A stretch of DNA of 64,000 nt from contig JBBQFN010000004.1 of NCBI GenBank assembly GCA_038321985.1, forward strand, positions 295,758 through 359,757, written 5' to 3'. Positions 40,651-51,495 of this stretch are shown here, piece after piece; position 1 is the first letter of the stretch; every line of letters begins with the position of its first letter. Source of the stretch: Cyanophyceae cyanobacterium. Its GTDB lineage: Bacteria; Cyanobacteriota; Cyanobacteriia; Cyanobacteriales; Laspinemataceae. The notes beneath the pieces were generated by a model. The model saw only the letters and a list, made by a program, of their open reading frames with translations. It had not been told where the DNA came from and did not search any database. The position numbers were made by a program, and so were the translations under genes.

Positions 40651-42519
40651 TCAATTCGACTTTTGCCGTTTTGGTTTTTTTGGGCGAGTAGTTTTCCCGT
40701 TGCTTTTGGGGAGGTTCTGCGGGAGTTTAGCGAGTTCGGTAGAAATAAAGGCATCGGGTGAATCGATCGTCTCGGATGCAATACCGAGGCGGGTGAAGTC
40801 CTTCCAGACGGGTTCTGAGAGCAAGTTAAGAGCAGTAGTGCGATCGCAAGTGGCAATAAGTGCGATCGCTTGCCGCCATCCTTCGCACAAGGAGTCAAGT
40901 GCGGGGAAATCTACGGTAATATCCTGTAGCAGCAAAAGTGCCTGAGATAAACCAGCCGAATCCGGGGAGAGTTGCTGCGATCGCAACTCCTGACAGGCGA
41001 CATTTAGCCAGACGGGGAGTAAGTCCAGCCATTGTTCTAGAATCTTGGGTAAGGAGGTTTCTTCCATTCTCAAGGCACCCCAGACAGCAAGGGAGGTGGT
41101 GGCAAGGGAAGCATCCCGATGGGTGAGTGCTTCCTGCCATAAGGATTCGGCGCGTTCATTAAATTGGCTAGAAAGGTAATTATAAGCCTCGGTTACTTGT
41201 TCGGGAATTGTGACTTGATAAAGGGTTTCACCCCGTAGCAGGCGATCGCTTGGATCAGACAGTGCATGGTGAGAACTACATAAATAAATCTGGCGATCGA
41301 TTACGATTTCTTTGGCGTGAGAATTTGCCAATTCCAATACCTGCACTGCCGATATCCCCTCGGGTGTCTTCACTTCAGCTAATTTACTCAGCACTTCTTC
41401 CCCGGTAATGCCATATCCCAGCAGAATCCAAACCCCTCGTTTGGCTAGGGTTTTTAGCAATTGCAAAAAGCAGTCGTCTATCACTTCTGGGGTGATTTCA
41501 GGAGAATAAATCAAAACATGGCGGTCGGCATTTTGTAGGGTTTCTAAAAATTGTTTCTGAATCTGACTATCCCGAATTAAAACCGAACTGCCGCTTTCAG
41601 AAGTATTTTTAGCGGTCTTTTCTTCTCTAGATTTCAAGGTTTGTACTGCTGCTTGCCGGACTTTCTTCAGTCTGGATTCAACCTCTTGATTTTTTGGGTG
41701 TAGAATTACCTTTTCAGAGATTTGAAACAACTCAGTCAAGGAAATTTTATCCTCGGTTTGGAGCATTTCTAGCCAAAGGGTGGCGGATTCAAGTAGCTGC
41801 TGTCCCCGTCGAACTTGTAAGGTACAGCGCTCATCAATGGCATCAAAAATTGCAAAAATAGCGGCAGACTGCCAGACGGATTGTGGCGGTTCTACCACCT
41901 GAAAAGCGGTGACTTCTTTTCCTGATTCGGGAAGGTGAAATCCCAATCCTCGATCGCACAGGAGTTGCTGAATTTCTGTCAAGGTTAACGATTCTACAGC
42001 TTGGATTCGGCTACTGAGGGGGAGAAAATCTCCTAAATCTGGTAAGTTTAAGGAGGATTCGCCTAGGGGATTTGGCTCAAAGGCGACTGCACCGATTAAA
42101 GGGTCAGCGATCGCATAAACGGGTTGGAGTTCTGGCGGTTGCGGCACTGACCCTTTTTGATAAAAGTTTCGACCTTGAAGGGTGAGTTGAATCTCACCTC
42201 CAGAGGCCACTTTTAGGGTATTTAATGCCTGAAGATTAGCGGTGGTACTTCGCACAAATATCGGATCAAGACCGAGTACCTGTGCTAATTCATCTTCTGT
42301 GGGTGCGGGGGTAATTTCCAGACTGGCACGGAGGATAAACTCTTCTAAAATATTAAATTTGCGAGGTGCAGTGACCATCAATTCTACAGAGGTTTGCTCC
42401 AGGCGATAGCGGAATTGACGCGCTGCCAGAACCGAAATTCCTGGACTGGTTTGTTCTAATTTTTCTACCGCAGTTTGTAGGGTGGAATCAATGGGTTTAT
42501 CCGAGGATGCGAGAAACAT
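40651..42519 (-). CDS. PLD/Nuc-like HKD-domain protein with N-terminal helical/wHTH-like region
   Basis: PLD-fold elements A..HVLIYSP, LAKRGVWILLGYG and HAKEIVID (HxKx4D). SD AAGGAGGT precedes ATG 42519, which overlaps the end of the helicase gene. Confidence 0.75.
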   Translation of the reverse strand: MFLASSDKPIDSTLQTAVEKLEQTSPGISVLAARQFRYRLEQTSVELMVTAPRKFNILEEFILRASLEITPAPTEDELAQVLGLDPIFVRSTTANLQALNTLKVASGGEIQLTLQGRNFYQKGSVPQPPELQPVYAIADPLIGAVAFEPNPLGESSLNLPDLGDFLPLSSRIQAVESLTLTEIQQLLCDRGLGFHLPESGKEVTAFQVVEPPQSVWQSAAIFAIFDAIDERCTLQVRRGQQLLESATLWLEMLQTEDKISLTELFQISEKVILHPKNQEVESRLKKVRQAAVQTLKSREEKTAKNTSESGSSVLIRDSQIQKQFLETLQNADRHVLIYSPEITPEVIDDCFLQLLKTLAKRGVWILLGYGITGEEVLSKLAEVKTPEGISAVQVLELANSHAKEIVIDRQIYLCSSHHALSDPSDRLLRGETLYQVTIPEQVTEAYNYLSSQFNERAESLWQEALTHRDASLATTSLAVWGALRMEETSLPKILEQWLDLLPVWLNVACQELRSQQLSPDSAGLSQALLLLQDITVDFPALDSLCEGWRQAIALIATCDRTTALNLLSEPVWKDFTRLGIASETIDSPDAFISTELAKLPQNLPKSNGKTTRPKKPKRQKSN

Positions 42520-45500
42520 CAACCAAACCTCCTTGATGATGCACGACATTAGAGACTTCAGAATAAATCTGTCCAACTTGTCCGGGATGCTGCGCAAATA
42601 ATTCGTGACAGCCAACGATAACTAGCAATTCACGAGCGCGAGAAAATGCCACATTCACTCGTTCCGACTTTTTGGCAAATCCGACTTTGCCTTCACGATT
42701 ATTTCGGACCATACTAACAATAATCACTGAGCGTTCCATCCCCTGAAATTGGTCTACGGTGCCAGTGCGGATATGCAAGGAGGGGAAGCGACTCCCGTCG
42801 AGAATTTTCTCTTCGATGCGGTTGAGTTGAGCGCGATAGAAGGTGATAATCCCAATTTCTTTGGGGGGAAAACCCTGGGAGATTTTATCGGACCAAGTAG
42901 TTTCCATGTCTTGACATAACTGCTCGATTACCTCAATTTCTTTCGGGTTAATAAAGGAAGTGCCTTCTTTGCGTTCGGCAAAGGTTGAGTCTTGGGGCAT
43001 TTTCACCCAGATCAGGTGTTGGCTTTCTTGAATAATGGCACTATCGAGTTGGTGTTTCCGCGCTTGATCCGGGTCTAAAATTCCGCATTGGAGACGGCGA
43101 TCGTAAAATTGATTGATGGCTCCCATAATGTTAGGATGCATCCGATACTGAATGGTGAGCATGGTTTTAATCGCATCGGGTGCGGCATCAAATTGGAGTT
43201 TAAAAAAGGAGTCTTCGAGAAATTGGAGTGCATCTTTGCTGCTTCCCATTTCTACGGCGATATCTTCAATGGTATCATCATTGAGCATGGGAGGCAACTG
43301 ACAGCGATCGCCTACTAAAACTAAGCGTTTAGCTTTAAGTGCTGGGATTAATAATTCCGGAGGGGTACATTTACTAACTTCATCAATAATCACTACATCA
43401 AATTTATTAAATTCTTCCGAGAAATCCCGGCGTGCTGCTTGAACACAAGTAATGCCGATGACATTGGCATTATCTAGGTAAATCCGACGCAATTCAGTCC
43501 GGTCCTGTTCGGAAGGGTGGCGGAGTTTACCAATCCAATCTTGGACTAAATTTTGATAACGATTCAGATAACTTTCTTCGCACTCTCCTGCCTCTTGCCA
43601 AGTTTGAAACTGAATTTTAACTTGCTGCAAGAATGGCAAGTCAAAGCATTGATTTTCCGTAATTTGTGGTAGGCGATCGCGCAGCATTTCCCAGGTTTGC
43701 TGCCACCACTTGCGTTTTATAATTAATGTTTCGGGCAGATTAGTGGTGAGTTGTTCGGTGATTTGTTGAAGTTCAAGTTCGCACTCTTGGAGTTGCTGTT
43801 GCAGGGGTTGCAGGTTTTCTTGCTGCTGAGTGAGATAGGCTGCAATCAGAGTGTTAATGTGGGATAAAACCTCAAAGGGTTTTAATGAAGCGATCGCCGT
43901 TTCTAAGGTGCTAATTCGACTCTCCCAAGAACCCACAGTTGCCAAAAATTCCGGCGATCGCTCCCAAATTAAAGAACGGGTAGTTTGATATCGTTCCACT
44001 AACGTTAATAGCGGGGTTGGCAAGTGGGGGAGTTGGCTTAATTCTTGCAACTGTTGCACCGCTTGTTTGACCTTTTCCTCAGCATCTTGACGCGCCAGAT
44101 CCAGTGCAGATTGCGATCGTACCAGTTGCGGATGTTGGGTAGAAATCCAGTGTTGGATTTGATGCCACTGCTGTCCGATATGGCTTAAACCCTGTTCTGT
44201 TTCGCTTTTGATGGGGAGTAAACATTGACGCGCCTGAGTGACAATTTCATCAATGGTAGTTTGCGCGATTTGTTGCAGGGTAGACTCGATCCGTTGGGGT
44301 TCCCAAATTGGGGTATATTGTTGTTGCTGATGCTGTAAAACTTGCTGGGTTTTTACGACTAAACTCTGACGTCCCGATGTAGTCAATTGAGGATAATTGC
44401 CGTAGCCGTCGGCGAGTTCTTGCCATAAGCTGCGATCGCCACTGGAGAGGATAATGGGTGGCTGATTCAGACTCCGGTTCAAAAACTCGTTAAAATAAAA
44501 TTGATTGCCTTTGCGATTGCTAAATTTGCCATTGGTTTCATACTCCAATGCTTTAAGTAATTGCTCCCAATTAGGTAAATGACTCACCGGATTATTCCCA
44601 TACCTCGGCATGACTGCTACATTCAGCGTCTGCGCGATCGTTAGCAAACTTTTGGGAACCTGAATTAAATCGCTGCTAAAGGGTTGACCTGTTTGCAACC
44701 CTTGTTTTAAAATCGTATAAACTTGCACTGGAGCATTCTCTAACCAAACGCCCACTTCTTTGATCACGCGGTCAATTTCTAACTTCCGGGTTTGTAAATT
44801 TTGGAACCGTTGTTGGAGGGATTTCTGCTTCGTTACGGCTTGTTCATACTCCGCTTGTAGTTGATTTAAAGGAGTGGAATCGGCGCGAAATTGTTGGACT
44901 GCTGCGGAAGCTGCTGCGATCGCCTCAGCAGTGCGATTGGCTTCAGTTAAAACCGTCCTGAATTTAGCCAATTTTGGCGCTACCGTTTCACAACACCAAG
45001 CCGCTAACCCAAACGCACCGCGATCGGGACGTACCCACCCCAATTCATTCGTTAACGGAAGTGCCACCCGCACTGCATCAATAAACGTTTTAACCGTACT
45101 ATCTTCCAGGGTATAGGGTCGAATTTGCGCTAATAAATCCACTACTGCCGGCGATTCCCACTCCACATTCGGCGCAGCTACTAACAACGCTTCTAACTCC
45201 GAATTCAGCCGTTTAACTTCAGGATTTTGGGCTTGTGCCGCTTGATACTGCTGTTCCCAAATCGCCCGGTTTTCAATTAAACTCTCCTGACGCACTTTCC
45301 AAAACTGGCGATCGAGTGCTAGTATTTCTTCCTCTTCCAAATAGCCTATAAATTCCTCCGTCAACCTCCGCATTTTTCGATAAAATTCTAAATTAATGCG
45401 CCGCTTTTCCAGATCCGTCTCGCAGTGACTCGCCGTATTTTGTAGCCAAGTTCCGATCGCATTCTCTTCTAAATAAGGTGCACCTTCTTCCTGTACCTTC

Positions 45501-47509
45501 TCCGCCTTTCCCTTTCGCAAAGCCCGAACAATCGGACTATGAACCAAGCGACTCAGTGCATTATCTACGGCTAAATTCGCTTGAGAGGCGATTAAAGTGC
45601 GTCCTCCCCGTCGTGCTACTTGATAGCAAATTTCTGCAATCACGGTCGTTTTTCCGGTTCCCGGCGGCCCTTGAATGAGCACCAAATCTTTAGCTGAAAG
45701 AACCATTTCTACTGCCGCAATTTGATCCGGATTAGCGGCGGGTAATAATAACTCTACTGTTTGGAGTTTAACCAACTGTTTCGGAATCCGCGCTTGTCCC
45801 GCATCAAAGAAAAATTTGCCTAAATAGGGATTTTGACTGTGCCCCTGTTCCAATCTTTTTAAGGCATTCATTTTATGATTAATTTGGCTGAGTTCGCCAA
45901 ACGCTTCAAAGAATAAATACCCTTGAACTGGCAACTGATAGTAACCTGCACCCATCAACTCCACCAGATCTGAATCTGGCTTGATTCTAATCAACCGACG
46001 TTCTGCGTCTACCGAGTCAATCCGTCCTAAAATTCGTCCATCTCGTCCACTTTTTCCTAGGGGAGAACTTTCAAATAAACGAATCTGTTCGCTGCGGGCT
46101 TTAAACGTCCGACTCCAAAATTCTTGTTCCTCTAATTCAGTTTCGCTGCTGCCGTCAATCGTTGCCTCGCGAGTATCAATTTCAAAGCTAATACGTCGAG
46201 AATCTGCACCATAATTATGACCCTTAAACGGCACGCAAAACTGACGGGATTCGGCAATGCGACGTTCAATTTCCACATAAACCCGCCATGCCTGAAGTTG
46301 TTCTTCGGTGGGGATACAGTCTCCCGAAACCGGCAGTTTTGCCATGCGTTTCAAGATAGATCGCGGTACTCCGAAATTGTACTGATGATCTGGAAGTAAT
46401 CGCAGACGACAACCCACAGTAAATCCATCCCCGCGTCCCCGCGCCAGGGGAACAAAACTCACATCGATTAACCGTAATCCCCCTCGTCCATCTTCACTAA
46501 CAACGGCTTTTAAAGATAAGGTTTTTTGTCGATTTTCTAGTAGAGGAACCGTAGTTTCATCCCGATCACTCGCCAGAGTGAGTTGCCAGCGTTCCTCTCC
46601 AGCTTCTTTCCCAGTCCCGAGACGACGCAGGTAAAAGAAGTGCGATTCCTGTTCCAAGAGTTGTGCGAATAATAGTTCAGCGCGATCGCGGCGACTCCGA
46701 AAATCCTCATCACGATCGCTGGTTTTCTCCCCTGCCAACTCCCGAATCACATTGGCGATCGCCGTATTGCCAACGAACCGATACCCCCACTTTCCCACCT
46801 CCTGCTTGGCAGTCGCCGCCGCGGATTTCTCCGAAGGTAACACTCTCGTTACCAACTCACTGCGACTGATAATCTCCGCTGTAATTTGAATCTCTCGTTT
46901 ATCATCCTTTGAGAGTAAATATAAAGAACCCGAAAGCCTCGTCCCTGCTGGCATTCCCCCAGAATTGACTGCAATCTGAAGCGACTGCAACCCCGGAGAC
47001 AAATGACGCGATCGCACTTGTAGCCAATCCAGATCGGATACAACCTGACAAGACGCGCCGAGTTGCAACTCCCAACCTCGTTCTACCTGTCGATTCGGTT
47101 CAACCTCGCCAAACTCCAACAGCGCCGGAATATCCCAAATCGCCCCTTCCCATCGCACATTTTTCGCACTTCCCGTTAATCTCACTTGATACAACATCGG
47201 TAAGGTACCCGACTCTGCAAGGAGTGCAATTTCTCCGGTTTCCCCGCCAACCGTTCGGGCGATCGCTAAATTCTCCAAGCGCACACCCGCAACATTCACC
47301 ACCACCGCAGGCGCATCCACCGCAAACAAGACACTATCTCCCCCACTGCCGCGAATTGTCACCGCGCGTGCGATCGTAAATGTCCCTTTGTAATCTCCCG
47401 GCTTCAAATAGATTTCGTATCCATCCCGGACGATTTCCAGTAATTCGGCAAAATTGGTGGGATCTGCTTCAATAGACGGCACGATCGCTCCTAATTGATA
47501 ATGCGGCAT
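42497..47509 (-). CDS. Very large Upf1/Dna2-like SF1 helicase (AAA_11/AAA_12 type) with N-terminal beta-helix and Ig-like modules and a long coiled-coil insert
   Basis: Motifs IQGPPGTGKTT, SQANLAVDN, IIDEVSK, LVGDRCQLPP, QYRMHP, GTVDQFQGME and NVAFSRAR. N-terminal IYLKPGDYKGTFTIARAVTIRG...LENLAI. Confidence 0.92.
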   Translation of the reverse strand: MPHYQLGAIVPSIEADPTNFAELLEIVRDGYEIYLKPGDYKGTFTIARAVTIRGSGGDSVLFAVDAPAVVVNVAGVRLENLAIARTVGGETGEIALLAESGTLPMLYQVRLTGSAKNVRWEGAIWDIPALLEFGEVEPNRQVERGWELQLGASCQVVSDLDWLQVRSRHLSPGLQSLQIAVNSGGMPAGTRLSGSLYLLSKDDKREIQITAEIISRSELVTRVLPSEKSAAATAKQEVGKWGYRFVGNTAIANVIRELAGEKTSDRDEDFRSRRDRAELLFAQLLEQESHFFYLRRLGTGKEAGEERWQLTLASDRDETTVPLLENRQKTLSLKAVVSEDGRGGLRLIDVSFVPLARGRGDGFTVGCRLRLLPDHQYNFGVPRSILKRMAKLPVSGDCIPTEEQLQAWRVYVEIERRIAESRQFCVPFKGHNYGADSRRISFEIDTREATIDGSSETELEEQEFWSRTFKARSEQIRLFESSPLGKSGRDGRILGRIDSVDAERRLIRIKPDSDLVELMGAGYYQLPVQGYLFFEAFGELSQINHKMNALKRLEQGHSQNPYLGKFFFDAGQARIPKQLVKLQTVELLLPAANPDQIAAVEMVLSAKDLVLIQGPPGTGKTTVIAEICYQVARRGGRTLIASQANLAVDNALSRLVHSPIVRALRKGKAEKVQEEGAPYLEENAIGTWLQNTASHCETDLEKRRINLEFYRKMRRLTEEFIGYLEEEEILALDRQFWKVRQESLIENRAIWEQQYQAAQAQNPEVKRLNSELEALLVAAPNVEWESPAVVDLLAQIRPYTLEDSTVKTFIDAVRVALPLTNELGWVRPDRGAFGLAAWCCETVAPKLAKFRTVLTEANRTAEAIAAASAAVQQFRADSTPLNQLQAEYEQAVTKQKSLQQRFQNLQTRKLEIDRVIKEVGVWLENAPVQVYTILKQGLQTGQPFSSDLIQVPKSLLTIAQTLNVAVMPRYGNNPVSHLPNWEQLLKALEYETNGKFSNRKGNQFYFNEFLNRSLNQPPIILSSGDRSLWQELADGYGNYPQLTTSGRQSLVVKTQQVLQHQQQQYTPIWEPQRIESTLQQIAQTTIDEIVTQARQCLLPIKSETEQGLSHIGQQWHQIQHWISTQHPQLVRSQSALDLARQDAEEKVKQAVQQLQELSQLPHLPTPLLTLVERYQTTRSLIWERSPEFLATVGSWESRISTLETAIASLKPFEVLSHINTLIAAYLTQQQENLQPLQQQLQECELELQQITEQLTTNLPETLIIKRKWWQQTWEMLRDRLPQITENQCFDLPFLQQVKIQFQTWQEAGECEESYLNRYQNLVQDWIGKLRHPSEQDRTELRRIYLDNANVIGITCVQAARRDFSEEFNKFDVVIIDEVSKCTPPELLIPALKAKRLVLVGDRCQLPPMLNDDTIEDIAVEMGSSKDALQFLEDSFFKLQFDAAPDAIKTMLTIQYRMHPNIMGAINQFYDRRLQCGILDPDQARKHQLDSAIIQESQHLIWVKMPQDSTFAERKEGTSFINPKEIEVIEQLCQDMETTWSDKISQGFPPKEIGIITFYRAQLNRIEEKILDGSRFPSLHIRTGTVDQFQGMERSVIIVSMVRNNREGKVGFAKKSERVNVAFSRARELLVIVGCHELFAQHPGQVGQIYSEVSNVVHHQGGLVDVSRILG

Positions 47510-47740
47510 CTTGGCAATCTGGCGATCGCCTGGGCGTTAAAATGTTGTCCCATTTTACCTCAAACTGTCTCCTTAGACAACATCCCACCCCTAGCAATTT
47601 TTTCGACTCCAACCTGCGATCGCTTCCCTGGTTTCAGTATTCCCTTGCCTAACTTGGGCAAGTTGTAATTAATTTTTATCATATTATATGCAAAATGTCA
47701 ACAGACTTTCCCCTTTTTCTTCCCCTTTAATACTACCCTC

Positions 47741-48196
47741 TCACTCTGCTGATTCTTCCAACTTTTGAGCCAGTATTTCTAATCGTCGCTGTTCCTTTTT
47801 TAGCTTATCTTCTAATTCTTGAATCTGGTCTCTCCGTGCTTCTAATTCGATAGAACGCCGAGAAAGTTCCTGGCTTTGTAACGTTAAAGATTGTCGCCAC
47901 TTTTCAATTTCATCTGCTTGTTCCTGTAAAAAATCCGGCGTCAACCCTTTGGTTAAATATTGTTTTACCAGTTCAACTGCCCATTCTGTTGCTTCATTGA
48001 TACTGCGAATTTGTCCGGCATTGGCAATATCAGCTAAAACAAGAATTCCTTCCCCAAAAGCACTGGCTTCAGTGGTAATAATTGGCTCATTTTCCGGTAG
48101 TAAAACCCAGGTATCTCCCGATTTCTGACAAGCTAAAAGTCGCAATCCTGTTTTGCCTAAAAATCCTTTTTTTTGTACTTGAGCTAAATATATCAT
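47741..48196 (-). CDS. Conserved cyanobacterial coiled-coil protein resembling the HmpF N-terminal region
   Basis: MIYLAQVQK...LRLLACQ...W...G.LVL...EIEKWRQSLTLQSQELSRR recalls the HmpF N-terminus, but the protein is only 151 aa. Confidence 0.65.
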   Translation of the reverse strand: MIYLAQVQKKGFLGKTGLRLLACQKSGDTWVLLPENEPIITTEASAFGEGILVLADIANAGQIRSINEATEWAVELVKQYLTKGLTPDFLQEQADEIEKWRQSLTLQSQELSRRSIELEARRDQIQELEDKLKKEQRRLEILAQKLEESAE

Positions 48197-48328
48197 AAAA
48201 GTTTCACTTAAGAGGTGATTGATTGGAATGGGTAAATTATGGGAAAAATAGTCTAATTAAACCTGGGTATTTTCATCAAAAATGTACCCAAATTTTATTT
48301 AATTCATTTTTCATTTTGTTGATTAGAT

Positions 48329-48356
48329 AGCCCTCCCCAAGACATCGGGGAGGGCT
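48329..48356 (-). terminator. Hairpin downstream of valS
   Basis: AGCCCTCCCC-AAGACATC-GGGGAGGGCT, 10-bp perfect stem. Confidence 0.55.
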
Positions 48357-48454
48357 GGGTAGGGCCTCAAAACGGATTTGATTAACCCGATTTCAATCTG
48401 CATTAAATTCCGAGGTATTGTAGAGGCGCGAAATGGTGTGTTTTTCCCTCTTTT

Positions 48455-51196
48455 CTATTTTCCTCTTAATTGATTGAGGCGATCGCGTAAAATTTCCGCC
48501 TGTTTTTCCGCTTCAGCCAAGTTATCTCGGGCCCCTTGGACGACTTCGGGCGGGGCTTTATCCACGAATTTAGAGTTAGATAATCGTCCAGAAATCGATT
48601 GTACTTCCCCCTGAATTTTACCCAAACTTTTTTCTAGTTTTGCACAGAGTTGTTCGATATCCACCACTCCCGCTAGAGGCACTAATACTTGGACTGTTCC
48701 CACCACTCCGGCGATGGTTTGTTCCGGTTCTTCCGCTAAAGCTGGGGTAATCGTCAAGTCTTCAACTTTGGCTAAATTTTGAATATAAGATTCCCCACGC
48801 TGCAAAATCTCCCGTTCTTTGGCGCTGTCACTTTGCAAAATTGCCTTAATTTTTGCCCCGGGTTTAATATCCACCTCGGCGCGTAAATTGCGAATGGTAC
48901 GAATCGACCCGATAATCAACTGAAAATCGGATTCTAAGTCACCATCCATCAAATTAGCATCAGCTTTTGGATAGGATTGCAACGCTAAAGATGCCGTTGC
49001 CTCTGCTTGGGTTAACGTATGCCAAATTTCCTCCGTAATATGAGGAATAAAGGGATGGAGTAATTTGAGAATACCCTCTAAAACGAAGGCGAGGGTTTGT
49101 TGCGCCACCCGTCGGGAAGCCGTATCTTCTCCCTGTAAGCGCGACTTGACTAATTCAATATACCAGTCACAAAAATCACCCCAAATAAACTCATACAAGG
49201 TTTTGGCAGCATCTCCTAAACCGTAGGTATCCACTGCCTCGCAGGTTTGTTGCACCGTTTGATGATAGCGCGACAAAATCCAGCGATCGCACAGTTCCAA
49301 TCCCGCAGCATTCTCTCCCGGATTCCCCAACTGTTGCGGCGTCTGTCCCTCCAAATTCATCATCACAAACCGCGCCGCATTCCACAGTTTATTGGTGAAA
49401 TTCCGCGACGCTTCTACAGAGGCAGACTCATCCGTAGTCCGATTATATTCCAAGCGAATATCTTGACCCGCGCCTACAACTTCCCGAATTAAGGTATAAC
49501 GCAGGGAATCAGTCCCATATTTCTCAATCAATAGCAACGGGTCAATTCCATTCCCCGACGACTTGGACATTTTCTTATTGTTTTCATCCCGGACTAATCC
49601 ATGAATGTAAACATCTTTAAAGGGCATTTTCCCCGTAAAATGTCCCGCCATCATCGTCATCCGTGCCACCCAGAAAAAGATGATATCAAAGCCTGTAACT
49701 AGAGTCGTCGTGGGATAATAGCGGTTCAAATCCTCAGTTTTGTCAGGCCATCCCAAGGTGGAAAACGGCCATAATCCCGAGGAAAACCAAGTATCCAAAA
49801 CATCGGGGTCTTGTTGAATTTGGACGTTTTCCCCAAATTTAGCTTTTAGTTTGGCTGTTGCTTCCTCGGCAGATTTTGCCACCACAAACGGCGTATCATC
49901 GGCAATCATTCCCCCAGTTTCACTAATCGCATACCAAGCGGGAATTTGATGTCCCCACCAGAGTTGACGAGAAATACACCAATCTTTGAGTTTTTCCAAC
50001 CAATCGCGATACACCTTCGTCCAGCGATCGGGGACAAATCGAGGAGAATTTTCCTCATCTAGGAACGTCAAGGCGCGACTGGAAAGAGAATCAATTTTGA
50101 CAAACCACTGGGTTGAAATCAGCGGTTCTACCGGCACTTTACCGCGATCGCTATAAGGAACCGTATGCTTATATTCCTCCACCTTCACCAGCCGTCCCTC
50201 TGCCTCCAACTGCTGCACCACTGCCTTCCTGGCATCCTGGCGATCGCGTCCCGCAAAAGGTCCGGCATTCTCATTCAATGACCCATCTTTATTCATAATG
50301 GTAATAAACGGCAAATTGTGCCGCATTCCCATTTCAAAATCATTCGGGTCATGGGCCGGAGTTACTTTAACACAACCCGTCCCAAAACTCGGATCAACAA
50401 ACTCATCTCCCACAATCGGAATTTCCCGATTCATAATCGGTAAAGTTAACATTTTCCCAATTAACGCTTTGTAGCGATCGTCATTGGGATTAACCGCAAC
50501 AGCCGTATCTCCTAACATTGTTTCGGGTCGAGTTGTCGCCACCTCCACAAATCCAGAACCATCACTCAGAGGATAGCGAAAGTGCCATAAATGACCATTC
50601 ACTTCCCGCTGTTCCACCTCCAAATCCGACACCGCAGACTGACTCGCGGGACACCAGTTCACCATATATTTACCGCGATAAATCAGTCCCTCGTCATGCA
50701 ACGCGATAAACGCTTCCAAAACAGCTTTGGAAAGTCCTTCATCCATCGTAAACCGTTCGCGAGTCCAATCCACGGAAACTCCCAACCGGCGCAACTGATT
50801 CGTAATTGTATTACCCGACTCTTCTTTCCATTGCCAAGCGCGTTCCAGGAACTTCTCCCGTCCCACTTGATCCCGGGTTTTGCCTTCTTCGCGCAATTGC
50901 CGTTCCAAAATCGTCTGAACCGCAATACTGGCATGATCCGTCCCCGGTAACCACAGGGTATTGCGCCCTTTCATGCGATGATAGCGCACCAGCACGTCAA
51001 TCAGGGCGCTTTCAAAGGCGTGTCCCATGTGTAAGCTACCCGTAACATTGGGGGGGGGAATCATGATACAGTAAGGCTCTCCCGGGTGATTCGGGTCCGC
51101 TTTAAAAACCTGATTCTCTTCCCAAAACGCCTGCCACTTGGCTTCTGTCGTCTTGGGTTCATATTGACTCGGTAAGTTAGGAATGGTGGAAGTCAT
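48455..51196 (-). CDS. valS: Valine--tRNA ligase
   Basis: [14 protein letters not shown] (HIGH), [17 protein letters not shown], and C-terminal coiled coil. Confidence 0.98.
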   Translation of the reverse strand: MTSTIPNLPSQYEPKTTEAKWQAFWEENQVFKADPNHPGEPYCIMIPPPNVTGSLHMGHAFESALIDVLVRYHRMKGRNTLWLPGTDHASIAVQTILERQLREEGKTRDQVGREKFLERAWQWKEESGNTITNQLRRLGVSVDWTRERFTMDEGLSKAVLEAFIALHDEGLIYRGKYMVNWCPASQSAVSDLEVEQREVNGHLWHFRYPLSDGSGFVEVATTRPETMLGDTAVAVNPNDDRYKALIGKMLTLPIMNREIPIVGDEFVDPSFGTGCVKVTPAHDPNDFEMGMRHNLPFITIMNKDGSLNENAGPFAGRDRQDARKAVVQQLEAEGRLVKVEEYKHTVPYSDRGKVPVEPLISTQWFVKIDSLSSRALTFLDEENSPRFVPDRWTKVYRDWLEKLKDWCISRQLWWGHQIPAWYAISETGGMIADDTPFVVAKSAEEATAKLKAKFGENVQIQQDPDVLDTWFSSGLWPFSTLGWPDKTEDLNRYYPTTTLVTGFDIIFFWVARMTMMAGHFTGKMPFKDVYIHGLVRDENNKKMSKSSGNGIDPLLLIEKYGTDSLRYTLIREVVGAGQDIRLEYNRTTDESASVEASRNFTNKLWNAARFVMMNLEGQTPQQLGNPGENAAGLELCDRWILSRYHQTVQQTCEAVDTYGLGDAAKTLYEFIWGDFCDWYIELVKSRLQGEDTASRRVAQQTLAFVLEGILKLLHPFIPHITEEIWHTLTQAEATASLALQSYPKADANLMDGDLESDFQLIIGSIRTIRNLRAEVDIKPGAKIKAILQSDSAKEREILQRGESYIQNLAKVEDLTITPALAEEPEQTIAGVVGTVQVLVPLAGVVDIEQLCAKLEKSLGKIQGEVQSISGRLSNSKFVDKAPPEVVQGARDNLAEAEKQAEILRDRLNQLRGK

Positions 51197-51459
51197 CGGG
51201 AATATAAGGTGAACGGGTTACAACTGATCTATCTTAAGATTTTGCCACAAGCCTTTGCCGGAAACGAAGGGAAAATAAAAGGATGCTTCCAAAATTGATG
51301 GCAATTGCGGCAGTTCCCGAGGGACCCTGACCCCTAAAGTTGGGGAGGGAGGGCGCTAGGAGATGAGTCTACCCCATTTCTGACTGCCCTTGCGATCGGC
51401 GAAGGGTGGGAGAAATTGCTTGTTGTGGAATCAAAAAGTTAACTTTATCAAATCTATTC

Positions 51460-51485
51460 TGTAGAGAAGCGCTAACTTCTCTACA
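51460..51485. repeat. GTAG-type hairpin (REP-like or terminator)
   Basis: TGTAGAGAAG-CGCTAA-CTTCTCTACA. Confidence 0.55.
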
Positions 51486-51495
51486 AAACCCACCT

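Noticed and set aside
42520..42615. Extended N-terminus of the PLD-like ORF
   Set aside because: It overlaps helicase coding sequence by 119 nt. The strong SD points to ATG 42519.
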